Origin: Vicugna vicugna
Lineage: Eukaryota
Length of the DNA stretch: 64,000 nt
Assembly: GCA_013265495.1 (NCBI GenBank)
Contig: MU057378.1
Coordinates: 1 to 64,000 of the forward strand
Direction of reading: 5' to 3'
The notes under the pieces are model-generated. The model was not told the origin of the DNA, made no database searches, and saw only the letters and a list, made by a program, of their open reading frames with translations. Positions 51,304 to 64,000 of the stretch are shown in pieces. The position numbers and the translations under genes are program-made. Position 1 is the first letter of the stretch. The number at the start of each line of letters is the position of its first letter.

Positions 51304-52277
51304 TGAAGAAGTCAACTGGACCTCCCATTTGGCCTCAGCTTAGGTGGTCCGCTTCACAGCCCTCCTTGCCCTGACACATTTCTGAGCAACACTCTCAGCT
51401 GTTTCAGTATCCAAGGATGCCAAACACCAGGAGAAAGCTGGGAAGTCAAAAATTGAGAAATTGAAATCTCCAGAGTCCAGACCAAAAAACCCAGAGGGGA
51501 GAAATTAAGGCAACACATGCCTGTTCCCATACTTCTCTCACTTTCCCACAAATCCCCCGAAGTTTTGCTTTGAGGACAGTTCCCCTAGCCTCAGCCCACT
51601 ACCATCAAGCCACAAGACTTGTGTTAAAAACACAAGCTATCTTTGATGAACATGGTAAATGATGACAGAATTCTATACACAGGATCTTTCATTTTCGGTT
51701 ATTAGACATTTTATAGCAAGTGCTAAATGCATTTTTAAAAGTAATTTCTCCCTGGATCCCAAGACTTACTTGAAAATCCCATTTTTCATATTGAAAGTTG
51801 AGCATCATCTCATTCTTTCTCTTTGCCTTATCTCTGTAACAAATACAGCACTCGCCACATGAGCCACCTGGCCTTAGGGGAGGTCCAGTCTTCAGAACTT
51901 GGGAGGTCTAGGCCTCAGAACAGTACAAGAAAAGAGGATGTCAATAAGAGGTTTTTTAAAACCCAGTTAATGGCATAAGACAAACTTAGATTGCATTTGA
52001 AAATCCTTGGGCTTGTATCTCTGCTGTCTTACGTGATTACTATTAGCTTAAGAAATTGAAAACAGATTTATTACCAGCCACTTGATGGAGAATGATGTAG
52101 CTAAAAGACAGATTAAAAGAAAGGAAAGTTCTTTTCAGAGAAATTAAATATAAGCTTTGTCTTTTGGGACTTACCTACTATATGGAATAAAAATAATATA
52201 AACAAGGGTCTTCCAACCCTATCCCAAGAGCACAAGAGGGAAGGATGCTGAGAACCCACCTCCTTCCCCTCGGCCTC

Positions 52278-54553
52278 TGCTACAGACTGAACATTCGTGT
52301 GCCACCTCCAGATTCATTATTGAAATCCTACCCACCCTACCCCGATTATGATGGAATTAGTTAACAGTACCTTTGGGGAGTGATTGGGTCATGAAGGTGA
52401 AGCCTTCATGAATAAGACTCATGCTCTTATTTTTTTAATTGAAATATAGTCAATTTGCAATATTATGTTAGTTTCAGTTCAACATGGTGGTTCAATATTT
52501 TTATAGATCATTCCATTTAAAGTTATTATAAAATAATGGCTATATTTCCCTGCTGTACAATATATCCTTGTTGCTTGTTTATTTTATGTATAGTAGTTTG
52601 CATCTCTTAATCCCAGATCTCTGTTGTATCCCTCCCCTCTTCCCTCTCCCCACTGGTAACCACTACTTCATTCTATATATCTGTGAGTCTGTTTCTACTT
52701 TGTTGTGTACTTTTATTTGTTTATTTTTTTATATTTTATGTGTAAGTAATAATATACAACATGCTTTTTTTCTCTCTCTGATTTATTTCACTAAGCATAA
52801 TACTCTCTAGGTCCATCCACACTGTTGTAAATGGCAGAATTTTATTCTTTTTATGGCTGAGCAATATTCTACTGCATATTTATACACACACGGACATACA
52901 TACATACTACAAGTTCTTTATCCCTTCTTCTAGTGTTCCCATTTCTCCACATCCTCACCAACATTTGTTATTTGTAGACTTTTTGATGATAGCCATTCTG
53001 ACAGGCATGAACTGATATCTCATTGTGATTTTGATTTGCATTTGTCTGATGATTAGTGATGCTGAGCATCTTTTCATGTTCCTGTTGGCATTCTTTGGAG
53101 AAATGTCTATTCGGATCTTCTGCCCATTTTTTAATTCGGTTGTTTGTTTTTCTGTTTTTGTTTTTGTTTGTTTGTGTTTTTTTGATGTTGAGTTGTATGA
53201 TCTGTTAATATAGCTTGGGTATATGATAAAGCCATTATCAGTTGTATCATTTGCAAATATTTTCTCCCATTCAGTAGGTCGTCTTTTCATTTTGTCTATG
53301 GTTTTCTTTGCTGTGCAAATCTTGTAAGTTTAATTAGGGTCTGTTTGCTTATTTTTACTTTGGTTTCTTTTTCCTTAGGAGGCTGATCCAAAAAATATTG
53401 CTGTGATTTATGTCAATGAGTGTTCTACCTACGTTCTCTTCTAGGAATTTTTGGTTTCTGGTCTTACATTTAGGTCTTTAATCCATTTTGTGTTTATTTT
53501 TTAAATGGTGTGAGAAAACGTTCTAATTTCATTCTTCTAAAAGGATCTGTCTAGTTTTCCCAGCACCACTTATTGAGGAAACTATCTTTTTTCCACTCTA
53601 TCTTCTTGCTTCCTTTGTCATAGATTAATTGACCATAAGGGCATGGGTTTATTTCTGGGCTCTCTATTCTGTTCCAATAATTGTGTCTGTTTTTGTGTTG
53701 GTACCATGCTGTTTTGATTACTGTAGCTTTGTAGTGTTGTCTGAGGTCAAGGAGCATGCTAACCGTCAGCTTTTTTCTTTTTTTGTCAAGATTGCTTGGC
53801 AATTTGGGGTCTTTTGTGGTTCCATACAAATTTTAGGATTATTTGTTCCAGTTCTCTGAAAACTGTCATGAGTATTTTGGTAGGAATTGCATTAAATCTG
53901 TAGGTTGCTTTGGGTAATATGGGCACTTTAACAGTATTAATTCAGTGAATCCATAAACATGGTGTATCTTTCCATCTGTTTCTGTCTTCTTCAATCTCCT
54001 TCATTAACGTTTTACAGTTTTTGGAGTACAGGTCTTTCACTGCCTGGGTTAACTTTATTCCTAGGTAATTTATTCTCTTTGATGAGATTTTAAATGGGAA
54101 GTTTTCTCTTTCTCATGGTTTATTATTAGTGTATAGAAAAGCAACAGATTTCCGTATGTTGATCTTGTATCCTGCAACTTTACTGAATACATTTATCAGC
54201 CTAATAGTTTTTTGATGGAGACGTCAGGCTTTTCTATATATAATATCATGTCATCTACAAACAGTGACAGTTTTACTTCTTCCCTTCCAACTTGGATGCC
54301 TTTTGTTTCTTTTTCTTACCTGATTCCTCTTATAAGAGACTCTAGAAAGCTCACTCCCCACTTCTGCCCTCTGAAAACACAGTGAAAAGACAGCTGTCTC
54401 TGAACCAGGAAGTTCATCCTCACTGGACACTAAATCTCCCAGTGCCTTAATCTTGGACTGCCTAGCCTCTAGAACTCCAAAAAATACATTTCTCTAGTTT
54501 ATAAGCCAGCCAGTCTATGGCATTCTGCTATAGAAGCTCCAAAGGACTCAACA
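52278..54553 (+). mobile_element. MLT1A-like MaLR LTR split by an L1 (halves 52278-52430 and 54327-54553)
   Basis: The 5' half ends ...gccttcatgaataagactcatgctcttat and the 3' half resumes ctcttataagagac...cttggactgcctagcctctagaact. Confidence 0.85.
52431..54326 (-). mobile_element. 1.9-kb 5'-truncated L1 (ORF2 3' part and 3'UTR), disabled
   Basis: ORF track gives [14 protein letters not shown]... and YKATVIKTAWY...WNRIESPEINP, both L1 ORF2p. TSD ctcttat. Apparent internal deletion near 52930. Confidence 0.95.
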
Positions 54554-54862
54554 GCCTCCTCAGGTTGAGTCTCTGATCAAAGCTTTGACTTTAGAAGTTC
54601 CTCTCCTCCACATCCAACCAGAGTGGATTGAGGCAGCACGCATCTGCTCTCTCTTAATTGCAGGCAACTTTCCTCCAGTTCTATGAAACATCAGGACCAA
54701 GATCACGAAAGCGATGAAATTCTCAATGTACATTTTTTATTCTTACTCAGTGTACTCTTTTCTAGAGATTTGTCATTGTAGTGGTATTCCAAACAAAAAC
54801 CACAGTAGAAAAGAGATACAACTTTAAATAATCTGGTATCCTAGCCATAAAATTGAATCATT

Positions 54863-55208
54863 TGATTCTACATACAAGTGATATCATATATCATTTTTCT
54901 TTCTTTCTGGCTTACTTCACTTAGAATGATGATCTAAATCTTTAAAAACAGAACAAAATGAACTTACCTACAAAACAGAAACAGACTCAGACATAGAGAA
55001 CAAACTTATGGTTACTAGTAAAGGGGGTGGGAAGGGATAAATTGGGAATTCAAAAACTGCACCTCTTAGCGAGGGATGGAAATGTGAGCTGTCTTGATGG
55101 TGGTGGTGGTTTCACAGGTGTAGACATCTATCAAAATTCATCAGAGTGTACATCTGAAATATGTATAGGTAACTGTACAGGAACCAGACCACAACAAAGG
55201 GTTTTTTT
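54863..55208 (+). mobile_element. Chimeric L1 3' end, copy B, with 5' inversion
   Basis: Inverted L1 piece at 54866-54935, forward 3'UTR, junction tgca|cctctt at 55061. TSD aattgaat(c/t)att (54851-54862, 55209-55220). Confidence 0.88.
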
Positions 55209-55271
55209 AATTGAATTATTAGAAGCTTCTGGTTTGCCTGGAAGAGCCCCTTCACGTTAAACTCTTGAAGG

Positions 55272-55870
55272 TGTAGCAGAGGCTGCTGGAAGCCATAATA
55301 TCTTGTTCTTCTCTTCTGGCCACTAAGGTAGACAACATTTCAGTTCTCTTGCAGTTTGGCTGAGACCATGAGACTCACTTCTGGCCAACAGAACAAGTGG
55401 GAGAAATACATGCTACTCCTATGTTTGAATCATAAATATATCCCTCACAAGACTGCTCCAGGCCCAACAAACTATCTGGGAGCTAAACCCAGCTCACCCT
55501 ATGTTTTCGTAAATAAAATTTTATTGAAACAAAGGTACAGTTACAACTGCTTTTCTGTTACAATGCCAGATTTGAGTAATTGCAGCAAAACCATGCAGCT
55601 CACAAAACACAAAATATTAACGATCTAACCCTTTACAGAAAAAGTTTGCCATCCCTGCCCTGGTCCCTCTCTCTTCCTGTTATTCTATAACCTTAGAGAC
55701 CGCATTTGAACATGTTGGCCCCACGACATGAAAGAAGTCTGGATTCTTGAATTATGGCACTTAACAAGGTTCCTTCTACCCCACTGGACTTCATGTGAGT
55801 GAAAAATGAGCTTTAATTGTGCAACATCACAGAGATTTTAGGATTGTCTGTTACAACAGCTAGCATCACT
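55272..55870 (+). mobile_element. Old MLT1 (I/J-like) LTR containing a MER58A
   Basis: tgtagcagaggctgctgg start and ggattgtctgttacaacagctagc end. Confidence 0.55.
55459..55657. mobile_element. MER58A-like hAT MITE
   Basis: gtaaataaaattttattgaaaca...ccctttacagaaaaagtttgccatccctg. Confidence 0.8.
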
Positions 55871-57216
55871 CCCTGGAAGACCCAAAGGCCACTATGAATA
55901 CGCCTGTGTGCTTCTGGTTAATCATTCTGACTCTTTAAGTGGCCTGCAAACTGGAACTACGTCACATTATGATGGAATCACTCTGAAAATATCTTCGTCA
56001 TCTATGCCCATGACAGTGGACAAAAATCTCATAAATTTTAACTGCAGTGGATCCAAATTAGCAGGTGATTCTAGAAAACATATAGTGCTCTATATGTTCT
56101 CGATCCCTGCAAAAGTCAAGAATTCTCCTGGTTTGGGATAGCACTGAGTGGGCAGGTGACTCTTGGACTCTCGAGCTCCCATGCATTGAGCAGGACCGTG
56201 GAGGTGCATGACCCCAGCAGGAGCACTTCACAGCACATTTAGCAGAGGAGCTGTTGTCCCGGAAGGCCGTGTGGGAAAGATGCCGAGGGCGGCTAGCACC
56301 ATCTCCCACACAAGCCTCAGATGTGATCGATGAGGACAGGGCCTCTGAGCTGCTGCCCCTGGCTCTCCCCAGTCAAAACAACACCTGTTCTCCTTCAAAG
56401 AGGTATAAATTTCCAAGCTTTTCAGTCCTATCATCTGATATGCGCTTTAAAACTGCAATTTGGATCCTAAGGGTAGAGGAGAGAGCACCTTAATCAAGAC
56501 CCAGCAATTTCTTGACTCAGAGAACATGGAAAAGTAACCATGAAATGACTCTGAGACCTTCATTACCTCATCTGTGTGCAGCAGCTGTAGCCAGAAAAAG
56601 CAGCAGATCGCTTTCCATGGAGCAAAGTCACTCTTCTGACAGCGGGACGCCCCCGAGAGGTTAGCCTTGACAATGAGTTCTCAGTAGGACCAGTGTGTCT
56701 GGATGATGAGAATAAACTTCCTTCTGTAACCTGGTGCCAGCGAAGTCAGGAGGGCGACACAAAGCAGTCCAGAGGATGAGCACATTTTAGATCTTAAGTT
56801 TTTCTTATTGGGAGCTTTTGGGAAAAAAAAAAAAAAAGGAAAGATGGCAAAACAAATCTGAAATTGTGCATCTGAAAAAGAAAGAGATTCCAGATGCTCC
56901 ACAGTCTACTGAAGACTATTAAATTATTTGCAAACTCTCCCAGGCTTTGGTTTTCAGCTGGCATGGCACACGCTAGTACACATCATTATCTTTGAATTGT
57001 AGCATCAGTACTAATCTAAGCGTATCGCTTTTTAACCAGAATTGTTCTTGGAAAAGGACCTATGAACATTTATTCTGTGGGAAAGTGGCCTTATAGAAAA
57101 TCTCTTTAAAATGTATTTCTTTTTCCAAAACATATATTGAGAAAAGTAATATTTTACCCAGGCAGGATTTTTGTGGTAGTGATCATCAGAAGAAATCATT
57201 TATTGTCTTTTAATCT

Positions 57217-57368
57217 TTAAAAAAATGTATTGAGGTCTAATTGACATATAGCACTATATTGGTATCAGGTGTACAACGTAACGATATATACATATCACTG
57301 TGGATATGATATACGTATATATGATATTTTAGGTATATAAATGGTGAAATGATCACAATAAGTCTAGC
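57217..57368 (-). mobile_element. L1 3'-terminal fragment
   Basis: tattgaggtctaattgacatat...caggtgtacaac...gtgaaatgatcacaataagtctag. Flanked by tt(g/a)tcttttaatct repeats. Confidence 0.75.
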
Positions 57369-58844
57369 TATTATCTTTTAATCTAACTAGGAGACTGGTC
57401 ATAAAATCATGACAATGCAAAAAACAGAGAAATAGCCAGTGCTTTATATTAAAGTATACTGTCATTGCCCACCTCTCTCCTGACAAACATCAGCCCCCTC
57501 TGTTACATGTGGAGAGAAGAGGTGGGTTTTCAGTAAGCCCTTCCCATATTGCCAGCTCCCCAGCCTCTGTCACCATCAGGGGCTGCCCCTGACTCTTAGA
57601 GCCCCAGAGTGAACCTGCCCTGTGCTCCGCCAGACCCTTGAGCCTGAGGTCATTCCTGTATCATAACTCTGAGCGCTGATGCAAGTCACATGTGTGAACA
57701 ATGACCACACACGGGCATACAGGAGTACGCAGTTTTACTCGAGGCTTGGAGATGTTAAAGAGGATTATGCACCGGCGAAAACTGAAACTATCTGAGAGTA
57801 CAAAGGAAAAACATCCAGAGAAATAAGCCTTCCCGGGACTCCTTGCTCAGACACATCCTGCTCACAGCTGCTCTCTCCTGTCCCGAGCTCAGCACTTTTC
57901 TCCCTCCTTCTTTCCATGCCACTCCCAACCCCACACGTGGCTGGGGACCCACTTCACGGCAGATCTCACTGTATGCCTTCAGGCGCTGTTTTCAAACCAG
58001 ATTCATTTCTTCCTCCCAAACAGTGCATGTCCCCAAATCAGATCAGTTCCGTTTAGAATTAAGTCTTGGGGGGGGGGGGCTCAGCCATGGAGTGAGTAGC
58101 GGTATTTGGCATCCTGCCTTGATAAGCCACAGAGCCCTCCAGGACACAGCGGACACTTCAAGGCCGGTGCCCTTCCAAATTGCTCCACTTGGTAACTGTC
58201 ACATTTTTTTTATTTTCCTAACCATTGAAAACACTTGCTCACCTACACACACCCAAATACATGTAATCACAAAAATCACAAATATACATAGACCTTTTCA
58301 TAAGATAAGCATTAATTTTAAAAATTTGCCTCCTGGATGTCAAATTGTGTCTGCTCAGATCTGCTAAGAATATAAAGAGGCCATGGCTTAGCTAGCCTTC
58401 TTTTAATAGCTGTTGTAACAGAATTTAAATAAAGAATAACAAGGAATTCCCCGGTTTGGAAAACAACTTATCTGTAAAAGAAAGCAAAGGGTTTAAGAAA
58501 TGATTAGCACCAGAGTGATGTCTAAAGCATTTCCATTTGTAGAGACAAGAGGTGAGGAAAGGCTTCCAGCCACCCCTAATTTAAACATTTGAAGACTTCA
58601 GTTACATCCCAGACATTGAGAGTGGCTCCCCACCACCCCGGCTCTACAAGCAGGCTCTTTACCCAAAGAAGCCACCATATCGGTGTCTCCTTGTATCTGT
58701 TCAGGGGACCACAGCTCCCAGTAGTGTGATACAGTGCAGTGGTGCAGCGCACCCTCAGCTGTGACACTGAGAGTACAGCTCTGGTGGTCGCAAACCACGA
58801 TCCAGCACATCACTGGACAACTGAGATGGAGGTTATAAACACTA

Positions 58845-59070
58845 GCGTCAGAGAGATGTGAGTTCTAGTCCTGACTCTTCAATTTATTACCTATGTGACC
58901 TTGGGGAAATGATTTAAGCTTCTTGATCCTCTCTCTCTCTCTCTTTTATTTTTTTTTATTTTTTTGCATAATGAAAATAATACCTTGTATGATTGTTTGA
59001 GGCTGAAATAAGTTAAGTTAAGAACTTGTCACAGTGTCCAGCACATGGTAAGCATTTAATAAATGGTATT
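58845..59070 (+). mobile_element. MIR
   Basis: gagttctagtcctgactct...tgtgaccttggggaaatgatttaagct...acagtgtccagcacatggtaagcatttaataaatg. Confidence 0.8.
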
Positions 59071-59489
59071 CAAGAGCAGATGGAATAATGAAATCATTCA
59101 GAACGCAGGGTTGGGAGCCTGAGCTTGGATTCCTGCTAGGTGTGATTAGGCTCAGCTAGATCGGACTAAGTTCTGGCCATTAGCACATGAACAGAAGTAA
59201 TGTGAGCACATTTGGACCATGTATTTAAAGGGAAGCCATCTTCATTCCCTTTTCCTTTCTGCTGGACGAAATACAGACATGGTAGTGAGCTATTAGGGGC
59301 CACCCCCTAGAGACAGCGAGCCAGCATGTCCTCCATCTTCCTGCTCCAACTTGGATCACTTATCCTCTAGACCTGATCCACAGCTGACATTCTGAGACTG
59401 CCTGCATTTCTCTCTCTAGTTGGCTCCTTTTGTCCCCAGATGTCAGGTCCTTCTCTTTATTTCATTCCATCATTTTGCATCATTAAAGA

Positions 59490-60060
59490 AGATTACATGG
59501 AGGGTAAACCTTCTGTGTCTCTGCATGTCTGAAAATGTAGTTTCTCTTCATGTGGAGTGATAGTTTGGCTAGGTATAGAAGTCTTGGTTGAAATTCCTTT
59601 TCTGTTAGATTTTTAACATTATACTCCACTGCTTTCCAGTATCTAGTGTTTCCCATAAGAAGTCTGATATATTTATTTCATTTAGCATTCAATAGTCCTC
59701 TTCCATTTGAAGACTCATGTCATTCTTTCGCTGTGAGAAACTAGGTGCTTTCACTCCTACTGTAACTTTCCCTGTTGAGTCTTTCTGTTCTCTCTTTCCA
59801 GAAGGCCTATTATCATATGTTGAAATTTCTGAAATTATTCTCTACATCTCTCAAGTTTAGCTCATGTTTTCCCTTTATTGTCTTCTTATTTTATACTGTG
59901 ATATTTCCTGAACTTTTTCTTTCAATTCTCATATCAAAATTTTATATTGATAAGCATAACTGTATTTACCTTTATTGTCTGTAAGGATCCTTTTTCATCA
60001 CATGCTGTTCTCGTTTATGGGTGCAATGCTTTCTTAAATGCAAATTGTGCAAAACTTTAT
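59490..60060 (-). mobile_element. Old L1M remnant
   Basis: ctgcatgtctgaaaatgt...gatagtttggctaggtatagaa..ggttgaaattc is a typical reversed old-L1 motif. Confidence 0.6.
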
Positions 60061-60287
60061 CTGTATTACCTTATCACTTCCTGCAATCACAATGGAATGA
60101 GGAACAGTTATTACTAATATACACTTAAAAAAAAAGAAGCTTAGCAAAATTACATTAATGTCTTAAGATTGTAAAAGAAGTAAACCTAAGTGACAGAATT
60201 ACAATCACCCCTCAAGTAGTCTGACTTCAAAATTAACAATTTTAATGACTACATTACAATGCCTGCATTTTCTTCAGATAGATTTTA

Positions 60288-60741
60288 GTACACTGAATAA
60301 CGAGTTCCCAAAGATTTCCACATCCTTATCCCAGAACCTTTGAAAATGTTACCTTACATGCCAAAAGGGACTTTGTAGATGTGATTAAGTTGGGGATCTT
60401 GAGATGGGGAGATTATCCTGGACTATTCAGGTGAGTCCAATGTAATCATAATCCTTTAAAGTTGGAAGAGGGAGGGAGAAGAGTCTGGGAAGAAGCAGAG
60501 GTCAAAGTGATGTGAATGTTGGCTTTGAAAGAGGAAGGGGCCATAAGCGAAGGAGCGCAGGCAGCCTCGTGGAGCTGGAAAAGGCAATCACACGTATTCT
60601 CCTCTAGAGCCCCCAGAAAGAATGCAGCCCTGTGAACCTATTTGAACTCCTGACCTCCAAAATTACAAGACAATACATTAGTGTTGCCTTAAGACACTAA
60701 CTGTGTCGTAATGTGTTACAGCAACATAGGAAACTAATACA
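60288..60741 (+). mobile_element. MLT1D-like MaLR LTR
   Basis: atgttaccttacatgccaaaagggactttgtagatgtgattaag...ctctagagcccccagaaag...gcaacataggaaactaataca. Confidence 0.88.
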
Positions 60742-61264
60742 TAGATTTTGCATATTTTGGCTAGATTTATTCTGGGATAATCTAAGCTTTTTGCCTGTTT
60801 TAAAGGATATCCTTTCATTAATTACATTTCCAAATACCATTTCTAAATGGAAACATCTCCATTTAGTATAGCAATTTTTGTATGTCAATTGATTGAAAAG
60901 CCACCTTCCTTAATTCTTTAAGAAACTCTAATAATTTGGGGATTAAATTTTTGATAGAAAATCACATCTGAAATTATTCGTAATTTTTCCTTTATTATTC
61001 TCATTTTTCACTTCTTTATATCTTTGATCCATTTGATTTATTTCTTGTTCTATTCTTTGACTAGGATCACCTGTACAATATTAACAGTGATAATTTCTCA
61101 CTTTAATGGCAGTCCTCATGATATTTCACATTTAAGTATATTTGATGGACTTGACTTGCTAACACATTATTAAAGCTATTTGTGTTTATGTTTAGAAATA
61201 AAACAGGTCTGTAATTTTCCCTTTTTGTTGTATACTCACTCCAGTTGTCTTATTATTCATATAC

Positions 61265-62940
61265 AAGTCTTGTAGAAATTCTCCAAGATCTATATGATGA
61301 AAACTTTCACCTTTTTTTTTTTCGCCGTATCTACAAACTCTGTTATGATTTCCTTGACTGGCTCCATCATAAATCCCATGAAGTCACGGACAGCATCTGA
61401 ACACAATTTTCTCCAGCAGGAATTTATTGTTTCAGGCTTGATGGCTTTCACAGCTTTTTCTATAACTACAATGGCATCTTCATCCAGACTTTCATGATGT
61501 TCTCTCTACTGGGGTTCTCGTCCACAGCATTGACAATCCTTTCCATCCAGTGTCATGTGAGATGAGCCTAAAAGGTCCTTACGGCCTCCTGACCTACAGT
61601 GTCTGGGGCAGACCACTTTTACTCGTGGGGTTCTCGGTGGCCAGGGGCATTGTCTCAATATCAAAAGAACTTTAAATGCAGTCCATTACTGGCAAGGTGC
61701 CTCCTCACTTCAGGGACAAAGCATCAATGGAACCAACCCAGAAAAAAGGTCCTCACTGTCCACCTAAAAGACTGGCAGCTGGTGTTTCTCTTCTCCCTTC
61801 AAGGCTGAAGTGTTAGTAGCTTTACAGATAAGAGCAGTCCTGATCATAAACCTGACCGCTTTTGCACAAAACAGTGGAGTTAGCCTCTCACTTCCTGCCT
61901 TAAGTCCTGGTACTCACTTCTCTTCCTTACTAATAAATGTCCTTTTTGTGACTTTTTTTTTCCAGAATAGGGCACTTTGATCTGCATTTTAAAAACCTGT
62001 TCAGACAGATATCTCTTCTCCTCAGTGATTCTCTTAACACCGTCTGGGAACTCGCCGCTGCCTCGTGGCCAGCAGAAGCTGCTTCTCCTGTTATCCTGAC
62101 ATTTTTTTTAAGCCAAACCTCCTTCTAAAACCATCAAACCATCCTTTGATGGCATTAAACTCTCCAGCTTTAGATCCTTCACATTCCTTTTGCTTTAAAG
62201 GGTTCTATAATGATTTCAGTTTTTTCTTGAATCTTATTAGAGTCTTTAGGTATATCTTTCTTAAAGCAATCCTGTACTCATGCAAAAGCTGCAGTTTTGG
62301 TATGAGATAAAAAGCTATTTAGCAAAAAGTGCCAAGTTCTCATGCTTGCTGGTGTAGCTGCAGCAATGGCTTCATAAATTTCCTTTTCTTTTTTTTTTTT
62401 TATAACCATAGTCCTTACACTGGATTCATTTATCTTGAAATGGCAGCAACCACCACTGCAGACCTCAACCTACCATATGTTATCAAGCAATTCAAGTTTT
62501 TCTTGTAATGTCATGACTTGGCTTCTTGGCACATTTAGCGTCACTAGTGGCACATCATGGGTCCAATGGTGTTATTCAGGGTTGATGGTGTGACACCAAA
62601 CATGATGAAAAGAATGCAAGAACCACAAGAGATCATTTTTTACTGTGATGCACAATTTGGTGGAGAGACAAACTGCTCACGGGAAGATGATGAGCATCAC
62701 ATGGCATTTTAAGCAGCAGCAGCAACAGGAGGTGGCTACAAAGTTACTACAGTAGGACGGTGTGTGCTCCGGTTAATTCATTCTGGTACAATTTTTCCCC
62801 CAGTTTTATTGAGATATTATTGACATACAGCATTGCTCAAGTTTAAGATGCACAGCACAATGATCCGACCCACATATATTGTGAAATGATTGCTCATTCT
62901 GGTATGATTTAATACTGACTCTTTACATTTATTTACATTT
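61265..62940 (-). mobile_element. Tigger2-like DNA transposon, internal fragment with decayed transposase
   Basis: Minus-strand hand translation of 61341-61481 gives EDAIVVIEKAVKAIKPETINSCWRKLCSDAVRDFMGFMMEPVKEIIT, typical of pogo/Tigger transposase. Continues into the gap. Confidence 0.85.
62795..62893 (-). mobile_element. Short L1 3' end nested in the Tigger
   Basis: ttttattgagatattattgacatacagc...gtgaaatgatt. 17-bp TSD tcattctggta(ca/tg)attt. Confidence 0.85.
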
Positions 62941-63546
62941 NNNNNNNNNNNNNNNNNNNNNNNNNNNNNNNNNNNNNNNNNNNNNNNNNNNNNNNNNNNN
63001 NNNNNNNNNNNNNNNNNNNNNNNNNNNNNNNNNNNNNNNNNNNNNNNNNNNNNNNNNNNNNNNNNNNNNNNNNNNNNNNNNNNNNNNNNNNNNNNNNNNN
63101 NNNNNNNNNNNNNNNNNNNNNNNNNNNNNNNNNNNNNNNNNNNNNNNNNNNNNNNNNNNNNNNNNNNNNNNNNNNNNNNNNNNNNNNNNNNNNNNNNNNN
63201 NNNNNNNNNNNNNNNNNNNNNNNNNNNNNNNNNNNNNNNNNNNNNNNNNNNNNNNNNNNNNNNNNNNNNNNNNNNNNNNNNNNNNNNNNNNNNNNNNNNN
63301 NNNNNNNNNNNNNNNNNNNNNNNNNNNNNNNNNNNNNNNNNNNNNNNNNNNNNNNNNNNNNNNNNNNNNNNNNNNNNNNNNNNNNNNNNNNNNNNNNNNN
63401 NNNNNNNNNNNNNNNNNNNNNNNNNNNNNNNNNNNNNNNNNNNNNNNNNNNNNNNNNNNNNNNNNNNNNNNNNNNNNNNNNNNNNNNNNNNNNNNNNNNN
63501 NNNNNNNNNNNNNNNNNNNNNNNNNNNNNNNNNNNNNNNNNNNNNN
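62941..63546. other. Assembly gap
   Basis: Run of N. Confidence 1.
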
Positions 63547-63653
63547 GGTATTTTTCTTTCTTTTCCTGACTGACTTCACTTAGAATGATGGTCTCCCAGT
63601 CCATCCATGTTGCTGCACGTGGCATTATTTTATTCTTTTTTATGGCTGAGTAA
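63547..63653 (-). mobile_element. L1 fragment continuing into the gap
   Basis: ORF track AATWMDWETIILSEVSQEKKEKY is the L1 ORF2p C-terminal motif. Confidence 0.9.
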
Positions 63654-63951
63654 TTGAATACTGTTAACTCTTATGTATGTGTAATGGGCCGGGGAAAGGG
63701 GTATCACTCAAAGTTACCATGAAAACAAAGCAGCCATCTCCTCTGAAATGTCTGGGGGCAGATTACTTCTGGTTTCATTAGGCACCGTCCGCCGCAGTGG
63801 GGCTCCACATTGATGCTCACTAGGACTGCTAGGCAGGGAGGGGGAGTCAGAGGAGGGAAGTGAGTCCTGGAACCAGGCAAACCCAGGGGAGGTGGGATGG
63901 AACATACCTGGGGAGGGCCTGGGTCTACCTACACCCGACAATACCAGCTCC

Positions 63952-63990
63952 GGGGAGTGGGTATAGCTCAGCGGTAGAGCGCGTGCTCAG
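63952..63990 (+). mobile_element. SINE head fragment at the window edge
   Basis: ggggagtgggtatagctcagcggtagagcgcgtgctcag. Confidence 0.75.
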
Positions 63991-64000
63991 AGTCCGTGGT

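Noticed and set aside
52389..52411. Hairpin tcatgaagg-N5-ccttcatga
   Set aside because: Part of the MLT1A-like LTR sequence rather than an independent RNA element.
57843..58367. 174-aa ORF
   Set aside because: Non-ATG start, crosses a poly-G run and has no recognisable domain.

Overview
This is mammalian genomic DNA, most likely from a camelid (alpaca or camel), judged from the many tRNA-Ala-derived SINEs and a recurring young L1 3'UTR. The window is repeat-dense and looks intergenic or intronic, and I found no protein-coding gene. The only recognisable peptides in the ORF track are broken L1 ORF2 pieces; hand translation also gives Tigger and Charlie transposase pieces. It holds about 12 SINEs, many 5'-truncated L1s (several with clear target-site duplications, TSDs), ERV1/MaLR solo LTRs, hAT and Tigger DNA-transposon relics, L2/MIR remnants, two CpG-rich segments and five assembly gaps. 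The most notable items are: (1) two dispersed copies of a chimeric L1 3' end sharing one junction; (2) a 3'-truncated U4 snRNA retrocopy inserted in an LTR; (3) MER41-like LTRs, one keeping a STAT-type palindrome; (4) a 153-bp near-perfect local duplication. All repeat family names come from recall of consensus sequences, not from a search. I do not see a new gene system here.
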